A stretch of DNA of 64,000 nucleotides, taken from the NCBI GenBank assembly GCA_035623825.1, contig DASPSR010000007.1, positions 32,001 to 96,000 on the forward strand. The letters run 5' to 3'. Shown piece by piece: positions 48,834 to 58,517 of this stretch; position 1 is the first letter of the stretch, and the number at the start of each line of letters is the position of its first letter. This DNA comes from Nitrospirota bacterium (lineage in GTDB: Bacteria; Nitrospirota; UBA9217). Position numbers and translations under genes: made by a program. The notes below the pieces were generated by a model. The model did no database searches. It was not told the origin of the DNA and saw nothing but the letters and a program-made list of their open reading frames with translations.

Positions 48834-49618
48834 GCCTGCATCCCCAGAATGAAGAACAATACCTGCGTCAGGAAAAAATCGACGACAATGATCATGATGG
48901 TTGAAAGCACCACGGCGGTGGTGGTGGCGCGCCGCAGTCCTTGTGCGCCTCCGTGTGCGGATAGGCCCACCGCGCAGCTGATGCAGGTGATAAGGTAGCC
49001 GAAGATAAATGGTTTGGTCAGTCCGGATACAACATTTTGAAAATTCAATTCGTCGCCGATCTGGCTCCAATAGAAGACACCGCTCTGGTGGCTCATCGCG
49101 ACAGCGATATAGTAGCCTCCTGTCAAGGAGATAGCGTCACCCATCAGTGTGAGGAGCGGCAGCATGATCGTAGAACTCAGCACTCTAGGCGTGACCAGCT
49201 TAATGATAGGATCCGTCCCGTACACTCGGAGCATGTCCACTTGGTGGCTCAGCACCATGGAGCCTATTTCAGACGCCATTCCGGAACCTACACGGCCCGC
49301 GTAACTGAGAGCAATGGCTACGGGGCCGATTTCCCGGATGATGGCGATACCTACGATTTTCGCTGTGTACATCTTGAGGCCGAGAGGCGCCAGCTCGGCT
49401 GATATCTGTAGGGAAAGGGCCATGCCAATGAAGAGGGAGACAAGAAAAACGATAAAAAAAGATCCCACTCCTGCATAATCCATCTGATCGATGACGTCCC
49501 GCCAGTTCAATGATCTGCGGAATATTCCCAGCAGCGCATTAAGGGAAAGGATGTAGAAATTCTGCAGTTCTGAGATTAACCGTCGGAGAGTCATCTGTCG
49601 TATCGTAAAAGGCCGCAC
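48830..49618 (-). CDS. MlaE-type ABC permease
   Basis: REIGPV, AGRVGSGMASEIGSM, LVTPRV, TTTAVV. Confidence 0.9.
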   Translation of the reverse strand: MRPFTIRQMTLRRLISELQNFYILSLNALLGIFRRSLNWRDVIDQMDYAGVGSFFIVFLVSLFIGMALSLQISAELAPLGLKMYTAKIVGIAIIREIGPVAIALSYAGRVGSGMASEIGSMVLSHQVDMLRVYGTDPIIKLVTPRVLSSTIMLPLLTLMGDAISLTGGYYIAVAMSHQSGVFYWSQIGDELNFQNVVSGLTKPFIFGYLITCISCAVGLSAHGGAQGLRRATTTAVVLSTIMIIVVDFFLTQVLFFILGMQA

Positions 49619-49818
49619 TCATGGGAAACATGATCATTCACCACAAGGCGGAGAACAGCCCGTCATGTCGGACGCGCTTCCCTGAACCTGTGTTGGGCTG
49701 GGAGTCCGGGGGGATATATGAACAATATTAGCATCTTCTGCTTGAGCTTGCAATCGTGTCGGGAAAAATATTTTGCGGACGTTCTTGTCCTGTCATGCGA
49801 TCGATGGAACCATCCTCA

Positions 49819-50853
49819 TCAAGATACATCGCACGCTGAAGAACGACTTGAGCATAGAGAGGTGCGCAAAGGTTGAGAATGTGTCGACAGTTCCGCTAAC
49901 GTAAAATATCCTTCTACAGCCGCTTCGACATCTTCCACTCGTAACAGGTGGTTCACCTTTGTCCTGAACTCTGCTCCGCCTGGCAATCCTTTCGTATACC
50001 AGCAGAGGTGCTTGCGCATCTCTCGAACACCTGCGCTCTCGCCGAGTAGTTTAACAATATCATTCAGGTGACGGAGCATGATCGCTTTCCGTTCTTCATG
50101 AGAAGGGTTAGGAGGGACAACGCCGGTTGCAAGATGTTGCTTTGCCTCACGGAAAATCCAGGGATTTCCCTGAATCGCCCGCCCAATCATGACACCGTCG
50201 CACCCTGTTTCGGCCATCATCCGTTTTGCATCCTGGGCGATGCGCACATCACCGTTCCCGATTACGGGGATGCCAACCGCGTCCTTCACTGCCTTGATCA
50301 TGCTCCAGTCAGCATGGCCGGAGAAGCCCTGCGCCTTCGTGCGGCCGTGTACGGTTACGGCGGCGATACCGACGGATTCTGCAGCTCGTGCGAGATCCAC
50401 TGCAACGATATTCTGAGAATCCCAGCCGAGGCGTATTTTGACCGTCACCGGTACGCTGGATGCTTCCACAACCGCAGTCATGATTTCTGTTGCCCGTCCG
50501 ATATCGCGCAGGAGCGCCGAGCCCGCGCCGCATTTCAAGATCTTCGGCACGGGGCAGCCCATGTTGATGTCGATAAAATCCACTGCCCCTCGTGAAACGA
50601 TGCGGGCCGCAGCTTCCATTGACTTCGGCTTCGAGCCGAAGATCTGGAACGCGACGGGCCTCTCCGCAGGATCGGTGCGAAGTATGTCGAAAGTCCTTTT
50701 GTGCTCCCGGATCAGCGCCTCGACGCTAACCATCTCGGAAAACACGAGTCCTGCGCCGAGTTCCCTGCAGATCCTGCGGAAGGGGAAGTCGGTGATCCCG
50801 GCCATGGGAGCGAGCACGAGTGGGTTGTTCCTGAGGATTTCACGGATCGACAT
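49819..50853 (-). CDS. dusB: tRNA-dihydrouridine synthase B
   Basis: LAPMAGITD, DINMGCP, PVTVKIR, VHGRT, IGNGD, MIGR, MRKH. Confidence 0.92.
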   Translation of the reverse strand: MSIREILRNNPLVLAPMAGITDFPFRRICRELGAGLVFSEMVSVEALIREHKRTFDILRTDPAERPVAFQIFGSKPKSMEAAARIVSRGAVDFIDINMGCPVPKILKCGAGSALLRDIGRATEIMTAVVEASSVPVTVKIRLGWDSQNIVAVDLARAAESVGIAAVTVHGRTKAQGFSGHADWSMIKAVKDAVGIPVIGNGDVRIAQDAKRMMAETGCDGVMIGRAIQGNPWIFREAKQHLATGVVPPNPSHEERKAIMLRHLNDIVKLLGESAGVREMRKHLCWYTKGLPGGAEFRTKVNHLLRVEDVEAAVEGYFTLAELSTHSQPLRTSLCSSRSSACDVS

Positions 50854-51219
50854 GAAGCTATTATAACCGAAAGAAATCGAAATGCGAAAGCTTTTCGGGA
50901 GTTGATTTCGAAGAAAAGGGCCCATGACAAATGAGGAGAAAAGCGAAAGAAGGGGGGAACCGTCAATATTCAAACCGCCATTCCCGTTCTGTCAGCCTCC
51001 TAAGGTAAGAAAAAAGCATTACCCCCAGAGGAGAACGAATGTGATTGGCCTCACGGTCGTGTTTGAGAAGATTACGTATAATGAGCAGAAGAAAAAACAA
51101 AAAATTTGGTGTGTTATGTAACTCGCTGCAGCTCCGAGCGATTATCCATTCTAAAGAAATGAGGCGGGAAATTTCGCAAACGGGGAGCGACCGAGGCAAT
51201 GGTCTGCTCTCTTCAGGTG

Positions 51220-52662
51220 ATGAAAGTGAAACTGAGCATTCTCTTTCGGTTGTTTCTAGGATATTTTTTCTTGCTGGGCCTGGCAACGTGCCTGAGCGTC
51301 TACGTCATTGTTCAGCTCGGCCGCGTAATCGATGTCACCCGTTCCATCATCCTGGTGGACAATTCCCTTATGAGCCATCTTAAAGATCTGACCGATACCC
51401 TTCTTTCCGAAACGAGGTGCGAAAAAAAATATCTTATTGAACAGGATTCGTCGCTCTATGAAGGCTTTTTGAAATCAAAGGGAGAGTTCGAACATTACTT
51501 GAGTGAAGCACGCCTGCTGGATATTACAATCGAGGCACGGAATGTTTTGGACAACATAGCGGACTTTCATCTGACGTATGATGCACTGTTTCAAGAGGAG
51601 GCTGATTATCTGAAGGACGGTACAAACTACAACAAGGAATGGTATGCCAAAGAGAAGGAACGGGCAGTCAACGCCGCAATAGAAGAGTTAGTCAAGGTCA
51701 GGCTTTTGAGCCAGCAGGGCATCTTCTACAAAGTGAAAAATCTAAGCGAAGAGGGCACGAGGTCGCGGGCAATTTCCATTGCGGTGAGTGCGGCATTGCT
51801 TCTGGCCGGAATTCTCCTGGTAGTCTTGATAACTAGGAGTATTACGCAGCCTCTCGCGCTCATGCAGAAGAAGACGAGAGAAATCGCTGACGGCGTGTTC
51901 GAAGCGGACTTAAATCTCCCTTCCCCTCCGGAAATAGGGGAACTGGCACAGGCATTCAATATCATGTGCCGTAAGCTGAAAGAGGTGGACAAGACGAAGT
52001 CTGATTTTTTTGCTCTCATGTCCCATGAACTGCGAACGCCACTCACCGCCATCAATGAGGGGACCAACCTCTTCCTCGAAGGCAAGGGAGGGGAGGTTAC
52101 GGAAAAGCAAAAAAAGCTGCTTACCATCGTATCTGAGGAAAGCAACCGACTCATCGGGCTGGTCAACTCCGTTCTGGATTTGTCGAAGCTTGAATCGGGA
52201 ATGCTGAATTTCAATTTTGCCAGGGCCGACCTGTCTCCACTCATCGCGAGAGTGGTGGATGAAGTGGGGCCGCTGGCAGAAGCGAAACGAATCAGGATAA
52301 AACGCGAGATGTCAGATTTGCCGGCGCTGTCAATGGACACCGAAAGAATGCTTCAGGTACTGCGGAACCTTATGGGGAATGCGCTGAAATTCACGCCTCG
52401 CGGAGGAATGGTGGGTATTGCCGCTCGGCGTCTGGATAATGCAGTCATGGTTTCCGTTTCCGACACAGGGCCAGGTATTCCGAAGGAACATGAAGCGGTT
52501 ATTTTTGACAAGTTCCGGCAGGTCCCCGGTTCCACTAGGCTCCCCGGGACCGGTCTAGGCCTGGCTATCGTCAAACACATTATTCAGGCTCACGGAGGAA
52601 CGGTATGGGTAGAATGCGAAGCAGGTGGCGGCAGCACCTTCACTTTTCGGCTGCCTGCCTGA
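51220..52662 (+). CDS. HAMP-domain sensor histidine kinase (GlrK/QseE-like)
   Basis: 2 TM, HAMP, MSHELRTPL, NALKFT, DTGPGI, GTGLGL. Confidence 0.9.
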   Translation: MKVKLSILFRLFLGYFFLLGLATCLSVYVIVQLGRVIDVTRSIILVDNSLMSHLKDLTDTLLSETRCEKKYLIEQDSSLYEGFLKSKGEFEHYLSEARLLDITIEARNVLDNIADFHLTYDALFQEEADYLKDGTNYNKEWYAKEKERAVNAAIEELVKVRLLSQQGIFYKVKNLSEEGTRSRAISIAVSAALLLAGILLVVLITRSITQPLALMQKKTREIADGVFEADLNLPSPPEIGELAQAFNIMCRKLKEVDKTKSDFFALMSHELRTPLTAINEGTNLFLEGKGGEVTEKQKKLLTIVSEESNRLIGLVNSVLDLSKLESGMLNFNFARADLSPLIARVVDEVGPLAEAKRIRIKREMSDLPALSMDTERMLQVLRNLMGNALKFTPRGGMVGIAARRLDNAVMVSVSDTGPGIPKEHEAVIFDKFRQVPGSTRLPGTGLGLAIVKHIIQAHGGTVWVECEAGGGSTFTFRLPA

Positions 52663-53054
52663 TCCTTTTCATGGTCGTCACAGCCTGCGCTCCTCTCACG
52701 CAGACTTTCGCAGAACGCGAGGGTTGTTGCCATCTTACGCGCCTTAACAGCTTTATCAGCAGGGGAGATTTCGAGGGCGCGATGAAGCAGTGCCAGGATG
52801 TTCTGGCACGCTCGCCAAAAACTCCTCCGGGAGATGAGGCGCTCATGGACATGGGGCTCATCAGCGCCCATTACGCCAATCCGAAGAAGGATTATAGAAA
52901 AGCGCTGGGCTACTTCACGCGCGTCGATAAGGAATTTCCCCAGAGCCCTCTTGTGGAAGAGGCGAAGATATGGACGAGCGTGCTGCAGGCCTTCGAGAAG
53001 GCTAAGCAGGTGGATTTCGAGATCGAGGAAAAGAAGCAGGGCCTGGGAAAGTAG
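52605..53054 (+). CDS. TPR-like lipoprotein (QseG-like position)
   Basis: Lipobox VTAC, helical repeat FPQSPLVEEA; lies between kinase and regulator. Confidence 0.75.
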   Translation: MGRMRSRWRQHLHFSAACLILFMVVTACAPLTQTFAEREGCCHLTRLNSFISRGDFEGAMKQCQDVLARSPKTPPGDEALMDMGLISAHYANPKKDYRKALGYFTRVDKEFPQSPLVEEAKIWTSVLQAFEKAKQVDFEIEEKKQGLGK

Positions 53055-53056
53055 GT

Positions 53057-54424
53057 ATGGCCGTGACGTCCGGAAAACTCTTGATCGTGGATGACGATCA
53101 TAACCTCCTGGAGCTGATGAAGATCAGGCTCGAATCATCGGGTTACGCCGTAACAACAGCGCACGATGAAGACGAGGCAAAAACGGCGACGGTCGGACAA
53201 GCATTTGACCTTGCGATTGTCGACCTTCAACTCGTCCACCAAGACGGGATCTCTCTCATGGAGGAGGTCCACCGTGTGAGCCCCGGAATGCCCGTCATCA
53301 TCCTTACCGCCCATGGCAGCATTGAGAGCGCCGTGGAGGCGATGAAGCGGGGAGCATTTACCTATCTCACGAAACCCTTCGATGCCCACGAGCTGATTCT
53401 GCACGTAGAGCATGCCATGGAAAACAGGAGGCTTGCTTCGGAGATTAATCGGCTGAAAGGCATTTTAGCCGAGCGGTTAGATTTTCGGAACATCGTTGCT
53501 CGAAGTGCAGCAATGCAGACAGTGCTAGAGGCAGTTTCCCGGATTGCGAAGACGGATTCGACCGTGTACGTCCAGGGAGAAAGCGGCACGGGCAAGGAAC
53601 TCATCGCACGGGCCATTCACCTTGCGAGCGATAGAAGAGACAAGCCCTTTGTGGCAATCAACTGTGCAGCCCTTCCCGAAACGCTGCTTGAGAGCGAACT
53701 ATTTGGCCATGAGAAGGGCGCGTTCACCGGGGCTGTGAAAAGTTCAAGGGGTCTCTTTGCCAAGGCCCATGAGGGCTCTATATTTCTTGACGAAATAGGC
53801 GACATGCCGCTTTCCACCCAGGCAAAATTTCTCCGCGTCCTTCAGGAGCGCCAGTTCTATCCCGTAGGGAGCGAACATTCGCTGGACGTGGACGTGCGCG
53901 TCATAGTGGCCACGAACAAAGATCTGGAAGAGCACGTCAAACAAGGGCTGTTCCGCGAGGACCTATATTACCGCATTCACGTTATTCCCATAGCCCTTCC
54001 GCCCCTTAGGGAGCGGAAGGAGGACATCCCCGTTCTGGTGGACCATTTCATGAAGCAGTTCTGTGGCCAGATGGATAAAAAGATAAAAGGCCTCACGCCT
54101 CTGGCGCTTCAGCGGCTGATGCTCCATAATTGGCCCGGAAACGTCCGCGAGCTCGAAAACACCATTGAGTATGCTGTAGCCATGACGAGGCAGGACGTTA
54201 TTACCGAGGACTTGATCCTTCCAGCGAAAAGCGCAACTGAAGAAACGATCAAGCCGCTGAAAGAAGCCAGAGAAACCTTCGAAAAAAGCTATCTCATCCG
54301 GGTTCTCGAACTGACCAGGGGAAACGTGAGTCGCGCCGCAACCTTGGCGGGGAAATACAGGGCTGATTTGTACAATCTCCTGAAAAAATATGTTATTAAT
54401 CCCGCTGATTTTAAAAAAGAGTGA
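53057..54424 (+). CDS. sigma54-dependent response regulator (GlrR/QseF/NtrC family)
   Basis: Receiver (IVDDD, LTAHG, KPF), GESGTGKE, GAFTGA, WPGNVRELEN, C-terminal HTH. Confidence 0.93.
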   Translation: MAVTSGKLLIVDDDHNLLELMKIRLESSGYAVTTAHDEDEAKTATVGQAFDLAIVDLQLVHQDGISLMEEVHRVSPGMPVIILTAHGSIESAVEAMKRGAFTYLTKPFDAHELILHVEHAMENRRLASEINRLKGILAERLDFRNIVARSAAMQTVLEAVSRIAKTDSTVYVQGESGTGKELIARAIHLASDRRDKPFVAINCAALPETLLESELFGHEKGAFTGAVKSSRGLFAKAHEGSIFLDEIGDMPLSTQAKFLRVLQERQFYPVGSEHSLDVDVRVIVATNKDLEEHVKQGLFREDLYYRIHVIPIALPPLRERKEDIPVLVDHFMKQFCGQMDKKIKGLTPLALQRLMLHNWPGNVRELENTIEYAVAMTRQDVITEDLILPAKSATEETIKPLKEARETFEKSYLIRVLELTRGNVSRAATLAGKYRADLYNLLKKYVINPADFKKE

Positions 54425-54506
54425 AAAACATGGAATCCGCCGTCTGTCCGTTTCCATCAGTACAAACGCCCCGAGTCCGAAAGGCCCGTGAACAAATAAT
54501 CCCATA

Positions 54507-54710
54507 TGTATGCATTTTCATACAGAGGCATAACCACGTGATTTCTTGCCTCTAATCTGTCAATCAAGTCATTATAGGCAGTATTTACTGCAGAGGATTC
54601 CATACGCTTTTGACCAACCAGCCATGAGCGTCAAAGCACGTGCGAGTGAAAATTGCACCAAGAAATCAATACGATTGCACTATCAGTACATCCACGGCAT
54701 TTGATTTGCT
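54507..54710 (+). promoter_or_regulatory. sigma54 promoter with palindromic upstream site and IHF-like site
   Basis: TGTATG-N6-CATACA 54507-24; AATCAAGTCATTA 54562-74 fits WATCAANNNNTTR; GG(54696-97)-N10-GC(54708-09). Confidence 0.65.
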
Positions 54711-54839
54711 TTATATGACATCAGGGCGGGACAAAAAAGGAGATTCACGCACTGCAAAAAAAGATGAGTGTGGCATCGCTGTTATCTTCTATTGAATGCC
54801 CTTTTCAGGATTAGAGAAAAAAAGAGGGAGGAATCGAAC

Positions 54840-55079
54840 ATGTCTGTCAATTTTTTCCCAAACAGAAAAGAGATGTTGAAGGAAATAGAACGGTGTACAG
54901 CCGAGAGCAAACTGGATATGTTGCTGAGTTTATGTACGTGTTGTTTGTATAGCAGCTACGATGAAGGGCCCTTGGTGTCCCAGTGCCTCAAGTGCAGTGT
55001 ACAGCAGGGGATAATGAAAATATCGGATAAGAGAACGCCCTCAGGGACCCCTCATCTCGAGTTTCTGAGAGTAAGTTGA
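54840..55079 (+). CDS. small Cys-rich hypothetical protein
   Basis: GGAGG RBS; CTCC...CLKC. Confidence 0.7.
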   Translation: MSVNFFPNRKEMLKEIERCTAESKLDMLLSLCTCCLYSSYDEGPLVSQCLKCSVQQGIMKISDKRTPSGTPHLEFLRVS

Positions 55080-55222
55080 TGGTTGGGGGTGCATGAGGAT
55101 TTCAACGGGGTGCGGCATGTTCACTCTACGCACCATACTTAACATGACCACCGTTGTGCAAGAAGAGCCGGTATGAGATTCGCGAATCTCTGTAATAATC
55201 ATGCAACGAAAGGAGCGTGGAG

Positions 55223-55585
55223 ATGCAGCAACTTATTAGACATTTCTTGATTCCGCTGCTTGCCACCACGATGTGTGTAGTGGTCTTCGAAGGATTGTCC
55301 CGGGCCTCCCTGCCGGGAGGAGGGGAACAGAAGCCTTCGCTCCTTGAAGACACACGGCTGTCGCCGGCACATAAGGATTATGATGTGAACAAGATCATCA
55401 ATGTCCTTGAGAGCAGGATTAAGAATCATAATCTGCCGGAAAAGGCAAAAAACAAACTCGCCGCTATGAAAGATGAAGATGTCCAGATCTTAAAATCCCT
55501 TTGTGACCGGATGTCCGAGACGGGTGATACGGCGATTGCAGATTTTGCCCTCCTGCTTGCCGCCGCTGTCATCGTGATATCATAA
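55223..55585 (+). CDS. hypothetical exported/membrane protein
   Basis: AGGAG RBS, N-terminal signal-like helix, hydrophobic C-terminus. Confidence 0.65.
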   Translation: MQQLIRHFLIPLLATTMCVVVFEGLSRASLPGGGEQKPSLLEDTRLSPAHKDYDVNKIINVLESRIKNHNLPEKAKNKLAAMKDEDVQILKSLCDRMSETGDTAIADFALLLAAAVIVIS

Positions 55586-55641
55586 GAAAGCATTCGATTA
55601 ATTGTGGGCGATTATTGCACATCTCACGAGAAGGAGCGACC

Positions 55642-56508
55642 ATGAAGAGAAGCGTAGCTAACATTTTATATCATGTAAGTGTCGTTATTCTGAGCGCTGG
55701 CATTGCACTCTCACTTCCCAATACCATTAAGTATCTGGCACAGAAAGTTCTGATGTACTGGTCTCTTCTGGAAAACGAGGAGATCTTCCTGATCGTCACG
55801 GAAGTAGCGGCTGCAATAATCCTGATCTTTCTAGTGAATGTTGTCGTAAGAGATTGGAGACTCAGGAAACTCGCGCGGCTTGCTAAGGATGCCGGCTTGG
55901 CAGGTGTTGCCCCTGCCACGGCGCTCATTACGAGGAGACGGTTGAAGAAGAAGAAGGAAGAGCAGGGATTCGGACGAAACGTCATGATTATCAATTCAAC
56001 GGGTTTTCAGACGTTCACCGACTCTGAGGGCGATCTGCATCAGGTCCTGCGAAATTGCCGTGAGGCGAAGATAATGCTCCTTAATCCGCTGATGGATGGC
56101 GTAACCGCCCGCGCGAAAAGCCTTTCCGACCCGGATACAACCCCTGAAATATTTCGAGAGAAGATCATACGAAGCATCGATTTTCTAAAAGGCCTCAAAG
56201 TGCTTCAGAAAAACGTCAGACTGAAGCTCTACGGGAACGCACCCCTTCTCAAGCTGGCCATACTCGGAGATTATCTGTGTTTACAGCATTATCCGATGGG
56301 CTTGAATGCGCGGAATATGCCCGAATATGTGTTCAAACATGACCAGCACGGCGGTCTCTTCAATCTCTTTTATCAATATTTCGTGAGCCAGTGGTTCGAT
56401 TTGAAGATACCGGAATACGATCTCGACACCGATGAGCTTATTTATAGAGACAAGGCAGGCAACGAGGTGAGACGGGAAAAGTTCAATGAAGTTGTTATGG
56501 AGTCTTGA
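55642..56508 (+). CDS. 2-TM protein with DUF5919-like (PLD-related fold) soluble domain
   Basis: AAGGAG RBS; KIMLLNP...RA, LKLY...P, GLF..F...F...W pattern. Confidence 0.6.
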   Translation: MKRSVANILYHVSVVILSAGIALSLPNTIKYLAQKVLMYWSLLENEEIFLIVTEVAAAIILIFLVNVVVRDWRLRKLARLAKDAGLAGVAPATALITRRRLKKKKEEQGFGRNVMIINSTGFQTFTDSEGDLHQVLRNCREAKIMLLNPLMDGVTARAKSLSDPDTTPEIFREKIIRSIDFLKGLKVLQKNVRLKLYGNAPLLKLAILGDYLCLQHYPMGLNARNMPEYVFKHDQHGGLFNLFYQYFVSQWFDLKIPEYDLDTDELIYRDKAGNEVRREKFNEVVMES

Positions 56509-56549
56509 CTTTCGTATCAGTACTTCTGACCATACTCAGCCCCCCCCAC

Positions 56550-56606
56550 AGGGCGTCCTGACGGTCATTGAGCGGCAATCAGGATGCCCTTTCTTCGTTG
56601 TGTCAC
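56550..56606 (+). terminator. terminator-like hairpin
   Basis: AGGGCGTCCTGA...TCAGGATGCCCT then TTCTT. Confidence 0.55.
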
Positions 56607-56657
56607 TAACAGAAGCTTATTACGGCGTCTGATAGGATCATGCAATAAACGCGATAA

Positions 56658-56691
56658 AGTCCCGGATAAAATCCAGTCCCGGAGAAAATCC
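56658..56691. repeat. 17-bp tandem duplication abutting a -35 box upstream of ffh
   Basis: AGTCCCGGATAAAATCC/AGTCCCGGAGAAAATCC followed by TTGACA at 56692. Confidence 0.75.
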
Positions 56692-56749
56692 TTGACAATA
56701 ACGGGCTTATCTTATATATTTTATATTCTTTTCCGAGCGGGTGCTTTCT

Positions 56750-58084
56750 ATGTTTGATTCCCTGACGGGTAAATTAGAGGCCGTATTCAAGAAGCTTCGG
56801 GGCAGGGGTGTTCTCAAAGAGGATGACGTCAAAGAAGCCATGCGCGAGGTGCGTCTGGCGCTCCTCGAGGCTGATGTAAACTTCAAAGTCGTCAAGAACT
56901 TCATCGACCGTGTCCAGGAACGGGCAGTCGGGCAGGAAATCCTCGGCAGTCTTACGCCGGGTCAGCAGGTTGTCAAGATCGTCCACGAAGAGCTTGTAGC
57001 CTTGCTCGGTGGTGCGCAGGCAAAGCTCCATCTGGTGCCGAATCCCCCAACCATTATTATGATGGTCGGATTGCAGGGTTCTGGTAAAACGACCACTGCA
57101 GGTAAACTGGCAAAGAACTTCAAGAAAGATGGCCGACGCGTTATGCTTGTCCCGGCAGACACGCGAAGGCCGGCAGCGGTCCAACAGCTCATGACCTTGG
57201 CAAAACAGGTTGGCGTCGATGCCTACCCTTCGGACAGGCAAGATCCGGTAATCATCTGTCGCGAAGCAGTGAAGCAGGCGGCCTCTTCACTGTACGAGGT
57301 CGTAATCCTCGATACGGCGGGGCGGCTCCAGATCGATGAGCCTCTCATGGAAGAGCTCCGGCAGATCAAGACGGAGGTCAAGCCGCACGAGACGCTGTTC
57401 GTGGCCGACGCCATGACCGGCCAGGAAGCCGTGAATATCGCGGCGAAGTTCAACACTGACCTCGGATTCGACGGCGTTGTCCTGACCAAGCTTGACGGCG
57501 ACGCGCGGGGCGGGGCGGCGCTTTCGGTCAGGGCCGTCACGGGCAAGCCGCTCAAGTTCGTCGGCATGGGTGAGAAGCTCGACGCCCTCGAGCCGTTCCA
57601 TCCGGATCGTATGGCCTCTCGCATCCTCGGCATGGGCGATGTCATGTCGCTCATCGAGAAGGCGCAGGAAACGGTTTCCCAGGAGGAGGCGCTTAAGCTT
57701 GCGAAGAAGCTCAAGAAAAACTCTTTCGACCTCGACGACTTCCGAAGCCAGCTGAAACAGGTAAAAAAGCTCGGAGGACTTGAGCAGATCATGGGCATGA
57801 TTCCTGGGATGGGCAAGATGAAGATACTGGAAGCGCAGGTGAACGAGAGGGAACTGACGAAAATAGATGCCATCATCAGTTCCATGACCCCCAAGGAGCG
57901 GGCCGATTATACCGTCATCAATGGGAGCCGCAGGTCCCGCATCGCCAGGGGCAGTGGCACCCAGGTCCAGGACGTGAACCGCCTGCTCAAACAGTTCGCC
58001 GAGATGCTTAAGATGATAAAGGCCATGTCGGGCGGTAAGATGGGAAAGATGGGCAGAATGTTCGGCGGCAGGATGCCGTTTTAA
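56750..58084 (+). CDS. ffh: signal recognition particle protein
   Basis: ALLEADVN, GLQGSGKTTT, DTAGR, TKLDGDARGG, M domain. Confidence 0.98.
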   Translation: MFDSLTGKLEAVFKKLRGRGVLKEDDVKEAMREVRLALLEADVNFKVVKNFIDRVQERAVGQEILGSLTPGQQVVKIVHEELVALLGGAQAKLHLVPNPPTIIMMVGLQGSGKTTTAGKLAKNFKKDGRRVMLVPADTRRPAAVQQLMTLAKQVGVDAYPSDRQDPVIICREAVKQAASSLYEVVILDTAGRLQIDEPLMEELRQIKTEVKPHETLFVADAMTGQEAVNIAAKFNTDLGFDGVVLTKLDGDARGGAALSVRAVTGKPLKFVGMGEKLDALEPFHPDRMASRILGMGDVMSLIEKAQETVSQEEALKLAKKLKKNSFDLDDFRSQLKQVKKLGGLEQIMGMIPGMGKMKILEAQVNERELTKIDAIISSMTPKERADYTVINGSRRSRIARGSGTQVQDVNRLLKQFAEMLKMIKAMSGGKMGKMGRMFGGRMPF

Positions 58085-58203
58085 ATTTGTCACTAGGCAC
58101 AAAGACCCTGAGGCAAATAAATACATTCCTGACAGTATCTCTCAGATCTATTTAGTGCCTTCGTGGTCAAGATTCGTGATTATCAGAAGAAAGAGGTGAA
58201 ACA

Positions 58204-58467
58204 ATGTCAGTAAGGATCAGGCTGAAACGGATGGGGACCCACAAGAAACCCTACTATCGGCTCGTCGTGGCGGATTCCCGGTCGCCAAGGGATGGTCGCT
58301 TTATCGAAATGGTCGGCACCTACGACCCGCTCAAGAAGCCGGCGGAGATCAAGGTCGACCAGACCAAGACGATCGACTGGCTCAAGAAGGGTGCGATCCC
58401 TTCCAATACAGTTAAGGCCCTGCTCTCCAAAGTAGGGGTCATGAAGCAGTTCGCAGAGGCTAAATAA
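58204..58467 (+). CDS. rpsP: 30S ribosomal protein S16
   Basis: [11 protein letters not shown]...[14 protein letters not shown]. Confidence 0.98.
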   Translation: MSVRIRLKRMGTHKKPYYRLVVADSRSPRDGRFIEMVGTYDPLKKPAEIKVDQTKTIDWLKKGAIPSNTVKALLSKVGVMKQFAEAK

Positions 58468-58517
58468 ATAGACAGCTTGCACGTCTGCCAGATTTCAAGA
58501 TTGCAAGCCTCGGGACC

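Noticed and set aside
56510-56740. SRP RNA (ffs) upstream of ffh
   Set aside because: No TCAGG..GGAA..AGCAG domain IV motif found; only a terminator-like hairpin
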